Shown piece after piece: positions 36,721 through 49,832 of a stretch of 64,000 nt of DNA (the stretch's first letter is position 1; each line of letters starts with the position of its first letter). The notes under the pieces were generated by a model that searched no databases, had not been told where the DNA came from, and was given only the letters and a program-made list of their open reading frames with translations. The stretch comes from Podarcis filfolensis (Eukaryota): assembly GCA_964270895.1 (NCBI GenBank), contig OZ185441.1; one strand, given 5' to 3'. The translations under genes and the position numbers were made by a program.

Positions 36721-38689
36721 TTATTAAGAAAATTAGCCCATACCACATTACCACAATTGGAAGACTAAAGGATGCCTTGAATTATTCCTTTCCCTTCCCT
36801 TCCCTTTAATTTCCAGAGCTAATCATTCTTACCATTGCATCACCGTTTTTGCTAATCAGTGTTTTCAAATTGCAAGCTTATAACCAGGTTTGCAAAATGG
36901 TCTGGAGTTCTCCATGGTTATCAATAATACCAAGGCCAACATCATGATAATCACTTCCCAAAAAGTGAAAGGAAGGGGGAAATCTACGTGCAACAGGAGT
37001 GGTGGGGATAAGATTGGAGGAAAAAGGAAGTATGAGTGTCACACATGCACCTGCGTGCCTAGCTATGGTAAGGAGATTAGGCAGTATTATGGCTGTTGCA
37101 TCTGTCCACTGTGGTCCAGATGGAAAACTTACAGAAGAATTCGTGTGCAACACATGCAACACAGAGCAGAACCATGTACAACACATACAACACAGGGCAG
37201 AACAATGCACCTTCATTTCTCAAATTTGACAATCACTTAATTTTGAAGAGACACAGTATGCAAGATTTACATGCTTCTTATCTGAGCCAAGTTGATCTAA
37301 AATTATATGTTTTGCACGAAACATGTAATTGTGCATAAATGTGCACAGCATCAGGTAATTTATCACAGTTCCTCCCAGCTACTCTCCTGCTATTTTACTT
37401 TGGGGGGAAATATGGATGCAGGCTATAAAGTAGTTTTGCATCCTTATTTGGAAACATTCTGACACCTCAAGTAGAGAGCGTGGGGGCACATCAGGCGGCA
37501 TGCTGTGAATTAAAAGGTATCGTTCCCCACCCATCCATGTGTTCTGCTGCTTCATTGAACAAATGAACCAGCAGTGCATCTGGCAAAATGATATTCTGCA
37601 CAAACCTTTCCGAACCGGTTTTCTCTGACTTCCAAACACCTGATAGTAAATAATCCAATTCCTCAAAAATGCATGCCCAGCACCAGTAAAGAGAAAGTGG
37701 AGTCAGTCGCCACAGCGCACTTAATTTATCCAGGAAGTGTAGACAGGCAATAAAAAGGCCATGTAATAATCTAGATGGTATCGATTACGAGGTCTGTTCT
37801 TACCTCCTTCAAATTCATTTCCCATAGATTTTCCAAAAGATCATCCAGGAAACTTCCTATACTCATCTCCTATTTCTGCTGCTGTTTACAGCAATTAGCA
37901 TCATGGGACTGTGTGGCAAATGCAGCCTGGATATGCCTACCAAATATTCTGTTTAGGTAAGTGAAACAGGAGAGGCAGGTGTATTTTCTTTTAAATCACC
38001 AAATTTGAACTATCAGATGTGCATCATGCCTTTTCTCTGTTTCATTCCTTAAACTTCATTTGTCATCTCTTGGCTTAACTGGTTTTAATACTGTATTTTT
38101 CTATTATTGCAATTTACCCTAGGACCTTATGGTGAAAGGTGGGTAAGGAATTCAATCAATCATCGTCATCATTATCAATGCTAATTTGTTTTAACAATTC
38201 ATATACCACGTGACCACAATAGTCTCCAAGCAGTGCACAGAAAAATCCAATGCAGAAAAGTTAAAAGTCAGTCAAAATGATAAAGTCAGGCTTTCATTTA
38301 AATGGCTGTTGGAAGAAAAAGGTCTTCAGTAATAATGGGTCGCGTCTAATGTTACTCCTACTCAAAAAAGGTCCAGTGGCAAAATACTAATGGGATGGAC
38401 TCAATGTTAATCCTACGGAGAATAAACACAGTGAAAGTAATGGACATTGATTTCAATGGGTCTACTCTGAGCAAGACTTAGTTGGCTATAACCCAGTAGC
38501 GAACTAAGGCCAAGATAATATTTCCCCTCTCCTGGAACTATTTCACTGAACCATTCATTCCCCATCAAAGGGTTTGGGATAAAACATGGATTTTCCAAAT
38601 GAACATTTAGGACTGTTCAGCCTCTGCAACACATCTGTTTATTCGCCTTGGCTGCAGACAACTTACACAGTGATTGTTCAGTGTGTGCT

Positions 38690-38870
38690 TCTTCAGGAAT
38701 TGCATTCAGCTGTTTGACAGTGGTCGGGAGGTTGTGGGCTCTCCTTCCTTGGAGGCTGTTAAGCAGAGGTTGGATGTCCATCTGTCATGGATGCTTTAGT
38801 TGAGATTCCTGCATTGCAGAGGCTTGGGCTGGATGACTCTCGGGGTCCCTTACAACTCTACGACTCTATG
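38690..38870 (+). mobile_element. CR1 3' fragment
   Basis: Same terminus as the other CR1 copies. Confidence 0.85.
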
Positions 38871-38902
38871 AAAGGGGGTGAAAGTGCCTGCAAACAACCA
38901 TC

Positions 38903-39202
38903 TTTGTTGTTGTTGTTTAGTCATTTAGTCGTGTCCAACTCTTCATGACCCCATGGACCAGAGCATGCCAAGCACTCCTGTCTTCTACTGCCTCCCGCAG
39001 TTTGGTCAAACTCATGTTGGTATCTTCAAAAACACTGTCCAACCATCTCATCCTCTGTCGTCCCCTTCTCCTTGTGCCCTCCATCTTTCCCAGCATCAGG
39101 GTCTTTTCCAGGGAGTCTTTTCTTCTCATGAGGTGGCCAAAGTATTGGAGCCTCAGCTTCACAATCTGTCCTTCCAGTGAGCACTCAGGGCTGATTTCCT
39201 TA
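38903..39202 (-). mobile_element. BovB 3' fragment (about 300 bp)
   Basis: ORF KEISPECSLEGQIVKLRLQYFGHLMRR..., (CAA)n tail, near-TSD AACCAT(C/T)TT. Confidence 0.95.
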
Positions 39203-39515
39203 ACCATTTTACTTATGCCAGAAGCTCTGCCCTGATTTCGTTTGCCCTCAGTGATATCAATGAGTAGCCAGGTTCGATCGCCTACCTAGTACCATTACAT
39301 CATATTCAATATGTGATCCCTCGTTGGGCTGCAAGAGAAAGAAGCTCTTTAAAGAAGGCCCTTTACTATGAAAGGGCCATAGAATGCTGCAGGGAGAGGA
39401 ATTAATGACAGCAAACAGGATTTAAAAGGAAGCTTCAGGAAATCTCCTCCCTTCAATCTCTATTTTTTTAAAAAATAAATAAATGGTGAATTTGGTCCAG
39501 CCCTAAGTGGTGGTA

Positions 39516-39984
39516 TAGTGGTACCTTGGTTTAAGAACAGCCCTGTTTATGAACTACAGTGGTACCTCAGGTTACATACGCTTCAGGTTACAGACTCCGC
39601 TAACGCAGAAATAGTACCTTGGGTTAAGAACTTTGTTTCAGGATGAGAACAGAAATCGTGCTCCGGCGGCGCAGCGGCAGCAGGAGGCCCCATTAGCTAA
39701 AGTGGTGCTTCAGGTTAAGAACAGTTTCAGGTTAAGAATGGACCTCCAGAACAAATTAAGTTCTTAACCTGAAGTACTACTGTATTTGGTTTAAGAACTC
39801 CGCAAAACCGGAAGTAGTGTCCTGGTTTGCGAACTTTACCTCGGTCTAAGAATGAAAGCCGAACGGTGGAAGGGCACCGGTGGTGGGAGGCCTCATTAGG
39901 GAAAGCGCACCTTGGTTTAAGAGCGGTTTTGGTTTAAGAACCAACTTCCGGAACGGATTAAGTTCATAAACCGAGGTACCACTG
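39516..39984. mobile_element. Tc1/mariner-type MITE (related subfamily) hosting a nested MITE
   Basis: TIR (C/T)AGTGGTACCT(T/C)GGTTTA...TAAACCGAGGTACCACTG, TA flanks. Confidence 0.85.
39557..39782. mobile_element. Nested Tc1/mariner-type MITE (family of 21779 and 22233)
   Basis: Same sequence as 21779-22019, TA at 39555-56 and 39783-84. Confidence 0.9.
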
Positions 39985-40907
39985 TATATCCTCTTGCTTA
40001 TTCAGGACTGAAGAGCCTAGCATGATCACATGCTCAGCCAGCAGGTGGTGCATAAGCCTAGCTCTAATTTAAAGAAAGGATCTATATGCTGTACCATTTT
40101 TCCCAGGCCCACATCTGAAGGGGAAGGATGTGTCCTGCTTGTTTTTTGTGGTTTTGCAGCTAATTACTACAGGGTTGTTGTTTTGTTGCTGTTGTCATTT
40201 TGTTTTGTTTTTTTACACACAATGGGAAAGCAAAGCAAAATCACGAGCATGTTCAGCACTTCTGAAAATTGCAAAACACACAATGAATAATCTCCTTTCG
40301 TACCTATATATGTTACTGATTTGGATTGTGTTGCTTGCTGTTTATTGCATGGCTGTTTCAGAGCTTAAGGGTCTCTGTTCAGTGCTATTCCAAATCCTAC
40401 TACAGTTTGCACTTATAACATGCACCTCGCTGGGTTTTGTTGCTGGTGCTGCTGTTTTCTGAAGAGTGACCATAAAAATAGGGATTGCGGATATACTATC
40501 AGAAAGCTAGAGCTGTGTGCCATTTTTTTTTCTTTTTAGAAGAAATGGGCGGATTGGGAGTAGACTTTTATTCTTTACCTCGTCCTCAGCACAATGTTAC
40601 AGTGTCCCAGCTGCACAGTAACTGTTTGTGATCCACGGAGCTGTTTTAGTCAGTTTCTTTTATTATTCAGAGGCCAAGCCATCTTCTATTTATTTTACAA
40701 TGCCATTTCTCTAAAGAATTCAGCACAGCAAATGAAGAAAATAATACATAATGGTTTATAGCCTGAAGAATTCAATCTCGTGGTGGTAAGGATGGAACAG
40801 CATCCATGGAAGATAGTATTAAAAAATAAAATGAAGAAAGAATTTTTTATCACACACACACACACATACACAGCCTCCCTCTTGCTCCTGTCATTTTGAA
40901 TGCTCTA

Positions 40908-41257
40908 GGGGCGCGCTGTGGGTTAAACCACAGAGCCTAGGACTTGCCAATCAGAAGGTCAGCGGTTTGAATCCCCGCGACAAGGTAAGCTCCCGTTGCT
41001 CGGTCCCTGCTCCTGCCAACCTAGCAGTTCGAAAGCACGTCAAAGTGCATGTAGATAAATAGGTATCGCTCCGGCAGGAAGGTAAACAGCGTTTCCATGC
41101 ACTACTCTGGTTCGCCAGAAGCGGCTTAGTCATGCTGGCCACATGACCCGGAAGCTGTATGCCGGCTCCCTCGGCCAATAAAGCGAAATAAGCGCAGCAA
41201 CTCCAGAGTCAGCCACGACTGGACCTAATGGTCAGGGCTCCCTTTACCTTTACCTTT
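40908..41257 (+). mobile_element. Sauria SINE
   Basis: Family consensus with TTTACCTTTACCTTT tail. Confidence 0.92.
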
Positions 41258-41414
41258 AGGGGGTAATCCTATGCACAAGAAGCTAGTGTAAAGTAAACCA
41301 GTGTAAGTTATAGTAGCATAGTGCAAAGTTACACACATCCCGGTTGAGCATCCCACCCTGCTATTCTGCCTAGGCCTGACAGAGGGAAAACAAGGCTTTA
41401 AAATAGTGTTCTAT

Positions 41415-41800
41415 CCATGGAAAGAAGGAGAAGTCCCAGCAACGGAAGAATGGATACAAAACCTTATGGAATATGCAGAAATGGCAAAACTTACTGGAAG
41501 AATAAGAAATCAAGATAGCAAACTTTTTAAAAAAGAAAGGAAATGGTTTATTGAATATTTACAGATAAATTGTAAACAGATAAAAAAATGGAAGGACTAT
41601 TGTAAAACCCTGCAGTTTCGTAAGAGTGTATATTTAAAGAAGATGAATAAATGAACAAATTAAGTTAATTTGAATAGGCAGAAGGTATTAAAAATAAATG
41701 CAAGGAACCACAGAAAGTGGGGGAAGGACGTCAAATTTTAAAATGTCAAAATGATTGTAAATTCAGTGAAATGTATAAATTTGAAAAGTATAATTTTTAA

Positions 41801-41839
<39 letters not shown>

Positions 41840-41843
41840 AAAT
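41415..41843 (+). mobile_element. L1-clade LINE, 5'-truncated 3' end
   Basis: ORF2 C-terminus WKEGEVPATEEWIQNLMEYAEMAKLTGRIR, (TAAA)n tail, 15-bp TSD AAAATAGTGTTCTAT at a TTTAAAA site. Confidence 0.88.
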
Positions 41844-41944
41844 AAAATAGTGTTCTATTTTGAGGATTAATAGGATTGCCCATCTAATCTTGTCAACTGT
41901 TTACTGGTCCTGGACTGATGGGGGAATGAATGAATGAATGCATT

Positions 41945-41948
41945 ATAT

Positions 41949-41980
<32 letters not shown>

Positions 41981-42260
41981 ATTTTATTTATTTATTTATT
42001 TATTTATTTCAGATAGATGGCCAGTTCTTCAAGTGCTCAAGGCAGCTAACAACCACATAATCTCCAACATTCCTCAAATGAAAATAAGGACATTTATCAC
42101 CTCCCCCCACAAACTGACCCTTCTTGACCCCCCGATTTTTTCTCATCCCCCCCACATCACATTTCCTATCAGAAGGAGGACATGTTCCACCACTACACCA
42201 AAAGGACACATCACACACACCCTCCACTATCCTGAGAAAATCCCTTAATCCCGATTTTAT
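41945..42260 (-). mobile_element. Probable LINE 3' UTR with (TAAA)n tail
   Basis: (TTTA)n run followed by a C-rich UTR-like segment; family not identified. Confidence 0.4.
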
Positions 42261-42354
42261 TGTATTTGATTCTGTGGTAGATTTACAAAAAGAGAAACAA
42301 ACACCAATAAATATATTTTAGAAAGGGGCAAGATTAGCGTTGATACACAAAGCA

Positions 42355-43079
42355 TATTATTATTATTAGTAGTAGTAGTTGTAGTACCCCACCCATCTTG
42401 CTGGGCTTTCCCAGCCACTCTGGGCAGCTTTCAACAAAATATTAAAATACAGTAATGCATCAAACATTAAAAGCTTCCCTAAACAGGGCTACCTTAAGAT
42501 GTCTTCTAAAAGTCTGGTAGTTGTTGTTCTCTTTGACATCTGGTGGGAGGGCGTTCCACAGGGCAGGTGCCACTACCGAGAAGGCCCTCTACCTGGTTCC
42601 CTGTAACTTGGCTTCTCGCAGTGGGGGAACTGCCAAAAGGCCCTCGACACTGGACCTCAGTATCTGGGCAGAATGATGGGAGTGGAGACGCTCCTTCAGA
42701 TATACTGGACCGAGGCCGTTTAGGGCTTTAAAGGTCAGCACCAACACTTTGAATTGTGCTCGGAAACGTAATGGGAGCCAATGTAGATTTTTCAAGACTG
42801 GTGTTATGTGGTCTCGGCGGCCACTCCCACTCACCAGTCTAGCTGCCGCATTCTGGATTAGTTGTAGTTTCCGGGTCACCTTCAAAGTTAGCCCCACACA
42901 GAATGCATTGTAGTAGCGAGAGATAACCAGAGCATGCACCACTCTGGCAAGGCAGTCCACAGGCAGGTAGGGTCTCAGCCTGCATACTAGATGGAGCTGG
43001 TAAACAGTTGCCCTGGACACAGAACTGACCTGCACCTCCATGGACAGCTGCGAGTCCAAAATGACACCCAGGCTGCCCA
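42355..43079 (-). mobile_element. L2 LINE 3' about 720 bp
   Basis: ORF with KLQLIQNAAARLV...DHITPVLKNLHWLPLRFRAQFKVLVLTFKALNGLGP (L2 ORF2 C-terminus) plus L2 tail. Confidence 0.92.
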
Positions 43080-43200
43080 GCAAAGCAAAGCAAAAAGCAA
43101 AGCAAAGCAAAGCTCTTTGAGCTCTGCTCCCCCTTTCTTCCTCCTGCCTGGGGTGACCTTGCCCTGTGTCTGAGACTCAGAGCTGGAGAATCACGTGAGA

Positions 43201-43524
43201 CAGGGGTGGAGGAAGGGGGTGCGGTGGGTGCGGTTTGCCCAGGGTGTCAGGGTGTCACGACTGGGGGGGGGGTGACAAAATGCCAGGCGGCACTCACCGC
43301 GGGGCCTGCAGTGCGCCCGAGCCACGTGTCTCTCCTGGGAGAGATGCTGTGGCTTGGGCGCATGCAGGCTCTGCGCTGTCCAAACGGTCCACCCGCTGCC
43401 TCCCCCCAGCTGTAGGGCGGCTGAGTGGGAGGAGGCAGGCAGACTCTAGAGGCCCCACGGTGGACCCTGCCCCTATGGGCAGCTCGCACCTCCCCAGGCA
43501 CCCGAGTGGCTTCCTCTGCCGCTG
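43201..43524. mobile_element. GC-rich hAT-type MITE
   Basis: TIR CAGGGGTGGAGGAAG / CTTCCTCTGCCGCTG; 8-bp TSD ACGTGAGA / ACATGAGA (7 of 8 match, CpG decay). Confidence 0.82.
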
Positions 43525-43597
43525 ACATGAGACTGGGCCTTGGAAGCTGTGGTTGCAGGTTCTCCTCCTCCTCCTCCTCCTCCTTTCCTATCCCCCC

Positions 43598-44227
43598 ATA
43601 TAATTTTTATTAAGTTTTCCTATTTAATTACATCTCATTACACAAATCTATGACACAAAGTATTGCTCAAACAGATCATCGACTTCCTTCCCCCCCTCTT
43701 TCTGTTTTCCAAACACTTTTTTACTAAATCCTCGGATTTCTATAACCACTTTTTTACCTTTGAACTTCTTCTTTTCTATGATAATTACCTCCTTATATGT
43801 AAATCAGATCCTTATTTTCACATTACAAAGCATTTCAGTTTAAGCCTACAAACGTTTTCAAATGTTTACAATTTTCTTTCATATAAAGTATAAATTTGTT
43901 CCAGTCCTTTTGAAACAGTTCATCTCGCCAATTCTGGATCTTCCCTGTTAGCTTTGCCATCTCCACATATTCTACCATCTTTATCTGCCAGTCTTCCAAT
44001 GTAGGAAGTTCCTGCTGCTTCCATTTCTGGGCCAGGAGTATTCTTGCAGCCGTTGTGGTGTACATAAACAAATTTACATCTTTTTTCTGAATTTCCTTTT
44101 CAATTAACCCTAACAAAAATATCTCTGGGTTGTTTTTTATTAAAATTGTATTCAAAAACCTTTTCCAGCTCATTATATATTGTGTCCCAGAATGCTTTCA
44201 CCTTGGTACAAGTCCACCACATATGGA
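43598..44227 (-). mobile_element. L1-clade LINE 3' fragment
   Basis: HMWWTC knuckle remnant and TAARILLAQKWKQQELPTLEDWQIKMVEYVEMAKLTGK. Confidence 0.88.
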
Positions 44228-44427
44228 GGAAATTTCCCTCTTTCTCTTTACATTTCCAACAACCTCCTCCTCCTTTCCAACTCTCCAGCAGCTGCTATGA
44301 GCTGCCCAAGGGAGGAGGTCGGCAGCAGAGGCTATGGAGATGCAATGCTGTGATCCCTCACAATTTCCACTGCCATTGGCTTACGACAAGCACTGGCTCA
44401 TCCTTCAGCGCTTGGGGCAGTGGTGAT

Positions 44428-44524
44428 GGGGAAAAGAGGGACATTCTGAGATCAAATCAGAAGCCAGGATGGCTTTCACAATTCCAGGGCTGTCCCTGGA
44501 AAATAGGGGCACTTGGAGGTTATG
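44428..44524. mobile_element. Partial copy of the GGGAC/GTCCC DNA element end
   Basis: Matches 27262-27356 (GGGACATTC...TGTCCCTGGAAAATAGGG.CACTTGGAGG). Confidence 0.7.
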
Positions 44525-46099
44525 CAACCAATAATAAAACAACCCAATAAAGCTACTAGAAAGAAACAGTCATAAGATCAGATGCAATCACCTCAATAAA
44601 AATAGCAAGAGGACCCTACCTAGTAGTATGCATTTGAATGGGCTTTGCATGTTTCTTTTTTTGTAGGCCTAGAGAAAGGAATTCAGCCAGACTTCATCTG
44701 GTAAATTCTTCCACAGTATTGGGGTAACTAAAGAAAGATCCCAGATTTGGGGTTGCAAAGTGTCAGGAAAAGGAGGAGGAGGAGGAGGAGGAGGAGGAGA
44801 GGCCACTGTAAAAATAACAGGAATTCCTTTCTTTATGCCATTTTCAGTCCTATCTTCCATGGATACAATTCCATCTGACAGGATTTCTCATGAGAATGGT
44901 TCCTTCAGGCTATAAACTCGTATGATCACATTTTTGTCTGGTCACACTTAGCTTGTTTTTTATATATATAGACTTAGCATGTAGGCCACATGAGTGGCAT
45001 ATGTTGTTAGTTTCAAGCAGTTATTTTAATTAGTATTTTATCATTCCTGCTACATAAGAAATTCCTGTGAGGAAGGGCTGTTTATAGCTGAAATTAATGA
45101 TTCCCCTGCCCTTTGAATATTTCTGCGTATCGTTCATGTTTTCCTTTGCACATTCACCAGCCACACAGCAATCATCACACTCATGAGAAAAAAATGCACT
45201 TATCTGGAGCATTGTGAATATTGGTGAAATAATGCAGTGTGTTGTTTTCAATAACACGGGGATTTCTGAAGTGCCTTCTCTCTCCCCCCCTTTTAATATA
45301 GTAGACATGTGCCCCGATTCTTTAGTTACTTTTTTATTTTCACATTTTCAGAGATGGTGCAAGCCATTTTGGTGCCCGAAGCAGAGAATCCAAATGCTAC
45401 TCCCATAGTGATAAAAACTAAATAATTGACAATTTTCTATCCTATAATGCAAACACTCAGATGATTCCCTTTCCCTTTCCTTACACAACCTGGGGATAAG
45501 GAAAATCTCCTGTTTAGATGATCAGGGTTTATCTATGCAGTGGTTAGCTTCATTTTACAGTATCATTGCCTGAACACAATCAAGATCATTAACTTTACTG
45601 CTATAATTATGACCTGAAGTTAAACTGTAGTCTCAGCAAATTGAATTAATACCTCTATCTTAGTCCACCCCTGCCCATCAAAATGCAGAGAAGGAGAAAA
45701 GTTTTTTTCTGAAGCTGGAAGCACTATAGTGATTCTGAGTCAAGATGACATATAAAAGTGGGCAAATAGACGATACTGTAAGAAGAAGAAAATAGTGTCC
45801 GTGGATTATCAGTTATCTTATTTACTCTCAGGGGAAATGTGAAGCCGATTCCCATAAGTTATTCCCTTCACTGAATATGCATGAAAGCACACTCTGTGAA
45901 GAGCTCCTACAGGAAATATGTTTCTAGATGATCCGATTAACAGAATCCTATCTAGAGATCATAGGACTGAGGGGTAAATCACATGCACAAATAATTCCCT
46001 TAACACATTTCCATATGATTCTTCTGAAAGGAATCACTTGCAGAAGTCACCCTCTTCCATGTGATCCCAGAAAGCATGTTCTCCCTCATGGAGAGCACG

Positions 46100-46886
46100 T
46101 GTTGCGGTGGGGGCTGACAAGACACTTCACTGTTGCTGGGCAAAAGAGTTTGGCCATCTTTAAGCAGGGGCGGGCTGTTACTGGGGAGAGTTATATGCTG
46201 CCATTTATTGATTGACACCCCTGTTTGTTAAATACACTGCACGCAGTGATGAGCTTCCTATTTTTGCTGTGTGCTTCGGATCACCCGCCCTCCCTCCCTA
46301 ATCTTAGGCTGTTTGCTTGACCTTGCTATGCCTGTCATGGGGTCGTCTGCTTTGAGGCAGGGGCCTGGTAGGAATTTTGTCCATTTGGCTGATTGGCTGA
46401 TGCCACTTGGTTTTTGCCTACTGCGTAGCAAATCGCCACAACTTGTAAGGTTGCGGTTAGGCATTGTTTTGGGAATTGGTTGGTGGAGGGGTATGGATTT
46501 GGCTGTGCCTGCCCCTCCAAAATGCTGCTGCTGCAAGGGTTTTCCATTAAAGGAACCCAGGGGCTCGCTATGCTTTTGTCCGAACCCCCTGGCAAGGGGC
46601 TAGGGCCACGCAAGAACTCCTGGGAGCATTCTGGGGAGAGGTGAGGCATGGTTCCCAGTCCCGTCTCTCTCCCCAGGTGACTTACCCTTTCTGACTTCGC
46701 GGGGTGTGTGAATGCCAGAGCTGTCCCCGTGCGGGGTCAGTTAGTCACTACCAATGCCTAAGCAACCACTCACATTGCTGTATTTTTAATAAAGTTGTGG
46801 CCAAACTTATGCCAAAAACCTCAAACAAAAATCAAGTGTCAATTGTGTTCTTATTTGGGGTGTCTTGGGGACCTCGACGCGCAATC
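46100..46886 (+). mobile_element. Solo LTR, ERV-like
   Basis: Starts TGTTGCG, ends about CGCGCAA, GC-richer than flanks, AATAAA at 46788; 3' end and TSD not cleanly resolved. Confidence 0.6.
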
Positions 46887-47524
46887 CATGATTGTATGCC
46901 TACCTAATTGTGAACCAAGCTGCTATGGCTTTAAATATTTTCAATATTATTTAACAGCACTGGCCTATCCACATTGGCACCCACTATATTTATAGCCATA
47001 CAGCATTTGCAATCCCAGGCTGTCTTCTATCAATGGTATCTTACACATTATGCATTTCTCATAGTTCACATTTTCATATAGGGCACACAATATAAATGCC
47101 ATCGTTATTAGATTCACGATTTTGTCTCTCACAGAGCTTTCTATCTACGGGAGGAAAGTATGATATGGCAATATGACTTAAGGGTTGTGACATTGATAAC
47201 TATTGCCCACAAGCTAATATGAAAATGAAAGAACATTGTGGAGATTATTTTCTAAAGCGCAAACTGCAGGTGTCAGGAAAGGGTCCAATCCATTGTATTT
47301 TAGTGAGAAGGGAATGGTCCACTGGAGACAACATCCGCCTTGCAAATCAAACATAATACTGCAAGCATTCATGTAGTACTTTACTGAAGAATTCAAATTC
47401 TGAAATCTATGGAGAAATGCCATCCTGCAAAAATATTAAAAATACGCCTTGCATAGTTTTTCACAATTACACTCTATTTCATTTTGTTGGCAAGTTTTTC
47501 ATGTGTGCTGAAACTCAGTCTAAG

Positions 47525-47964
47525 GTGTTTTTTGTTTGTTTTTTATAAATTGTTTAACCACATCAGTTAACAAACATGGATACATATGCTATAATGTTAC
47601 TGTTTTAGTTAAATAAATTGTTTAAATTGTTATTAAGGAAATGATTATTTTTCTCCTTCCAATAAAGTACAGCAGAAGAAAAGTTATCCAAATATAAACA
47701 GTTAACTTATTAAACCTCACAATAATTTCATAATTATCTGTCCATGTATTTCTAATAGTATAACTAAATCAGTAATTTTGGATAAAGGTGTAAAAACTAC
47801 TCTGAATTTTTTTTTCTTCCAAAAAGGAAACCTTCATCTGGTTGAAAATATTAAGATTATACCAGCAAGAATGAGTTTTTCTGATAAATAAAAAAATTAA
47901 GTCTTACTGACTAGTGATTTAAATCATGATTTAAATCGATTTGATTTAAATCAAATCCACCCTG
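47525..47964. mobile_element. DNA transposon end (hAT-like), truncated
   Basis: Subterminal GATTTAAATC x3 ending AAATCCACCCTG; other terminus absent. Confidence 0.55.
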
Positions 47965-48091
47965 GTTCTACAAGCTGCAGTATTAAACTGAGTACTACCA
48001 ACTACTCCCTTTTACTACAAGTTTTGCGGTAGCTGCAGTGGCTAGAGTTTTCATCACATTTTATCCAAAAGTGAAATCCCAAGGTAAATTT

Positions 48092-48707
48092 GAAGGATGG
48101 AGGCAGTGAGAGATTTTACTTTCTTGGGCTCCATGATCACTGTAGATGGTGACAGCAGCCACGAAATTAAAAGACGCCTGCTTCTTGGGAGAAAAGCAAT
48201 GACAAACCTAGACAGCATCTTAAAAAGTAGAGACATCACCTTGCCAACAAAGGTCCATATAGTAAAAGCTATGGTTTTCCCATAGTGATGTATGGAAGTG
48301 AAAGCTGGACCATAAAGAAGGCTGATCGCCGAAGAATTGATGCTTTTGAATTATGGTGCTGGACTCTTGAGAGCCCCATGGACTGCAAGAAGATCAAACC
48401 TCTCCATTCTTGAGGAAATCAGCCCTGGGTGCTCACTGGAAGGACAGATCATGAAGCTAAGGTTACAATACTTTGACCACCTCATGAGAAGAGAAGACTC
48501 CCTGGAAAAGACCCTGATGTTGGGAAAGATGGAGGGCACAAGGAGAAGGGGACGACAGAGGACGAGATGGTTGGATAGTGTTCTCGAAGCTACAAACTTG
48601 AGTTTGACCGATCTGCGGGAGGCAGTGGAAGACAGAAGTGCCTGGCATGCTCTGGTCCATGGGGTCACGAAGAGTCGGACACGACTAAACGACTAAACAA
48701 CAACAAC
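48092..48707 (+). mobile_element. BovB 3' fragment (about 615 bp)
   Basis: MEAVRDFTFLGS... and LQYFDHLMRREDSLEKTL ORFs, (CAA)n tail. Confidence 0.95.
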
Positions 48708-49832
48708 TCAAGTGAAACATCCCAGGAATTGGGAGGGTTCCATAAATAGTTTCAAGAAAGCTAGAGAACTGAAAGCTAGAGTCCCTGCTTGAGACTCATT
48801 GAAAACTATAGTGGAAGTGATTATTAGTCAACTTGTGCTGTGAGCAGCATCTGCCTCTCATGAGCACTAGTTGAAAACCCCTGCGAGGTGAAGGAATTAT
48901 CCACAACGTGAGGAAAAGTCTTTTAAGACCCAAGGCTGGGGCTGAATCGAGTTTCAAGAAGACTAGAGAAAATTTATCAGGAGATTTCTGTGAGGTCAAG
49001 AACTAACCTGTATGACACCAATCCTCGAAGCAGGAAGCACAGTCAATAAAAGGCACTGAAACTAGCACTTTATTTTACTTTCATTTAGCAAACCTGTTAG
49101 AATACGAAGACATTTTAACAGGCCTATGAAGCTGTTAGCCATACCCCACATCCAAACCGGCTCATGACCATCTGAAGGCCTTATATGAATGAGTATCAGT
49201 AGGATAAATGAAGCCAGAAAGTTTGTGTACCATGCAGCACTACTTGAAATCTCTTTCCTAGTCATCCAGTAACAGTTTAGTATAGAAGAAATGTTAATCT
49301 TTTTACAGTACATTGATTATACAACAAAATGTGGAAGATCCTTTCGTAGTTTAAGGCATCACTGTTTGTTTCGAGACAGTCTTAGGCTTAATGCTTTTCA
49401 AAAACCTCTTACACGACATACAAGGGGAACGAGGCTTTAACAAAACATAAAACCGTCTCTCAATCAGATTGGTGTGTCAAAATATGTTGCAGAAATAGAG
49501 CAGTCCTTTCTTACGAAATGTCAATTATATAGCTTTCCCCCCTATTGCTAGAAACTGCATATTTGAGAAAAAGGAGACCAAATTGCACACTGAAATACAT
49601 CAACGGGTTTTCTTTGTTGTTTTTCAAGCTTGCCATTTTCTACACTGAAAGAATGTCTCAAGCCTTATTAAACCAAATATTTGAAGTGTGAATGTATGGA
49701 TTCTGCCTGCCAGAGGCGGAAAAAGAGAGATGAGCTAAAATCAAAAGAAGCCTAAGAATAAAGTGCCTCCTTTCTCTTCAGTGATCTCCTTAATTCATAC
49801 CCTGGAGGGTAACAGACATGGTTAAACCGAAT

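Noticed and set aside
36878-37338. Cys/His-rich overlapping ORFs resembling zinc fingers or keratin-associated proteins
   Set aside because: Driven by low-complexity CA-rich sequence with no regular zinc-finger spacing
44669-44860. Poly-proline ORF
   Set aside because: The proline run comes from a (GGA)n microsatellite
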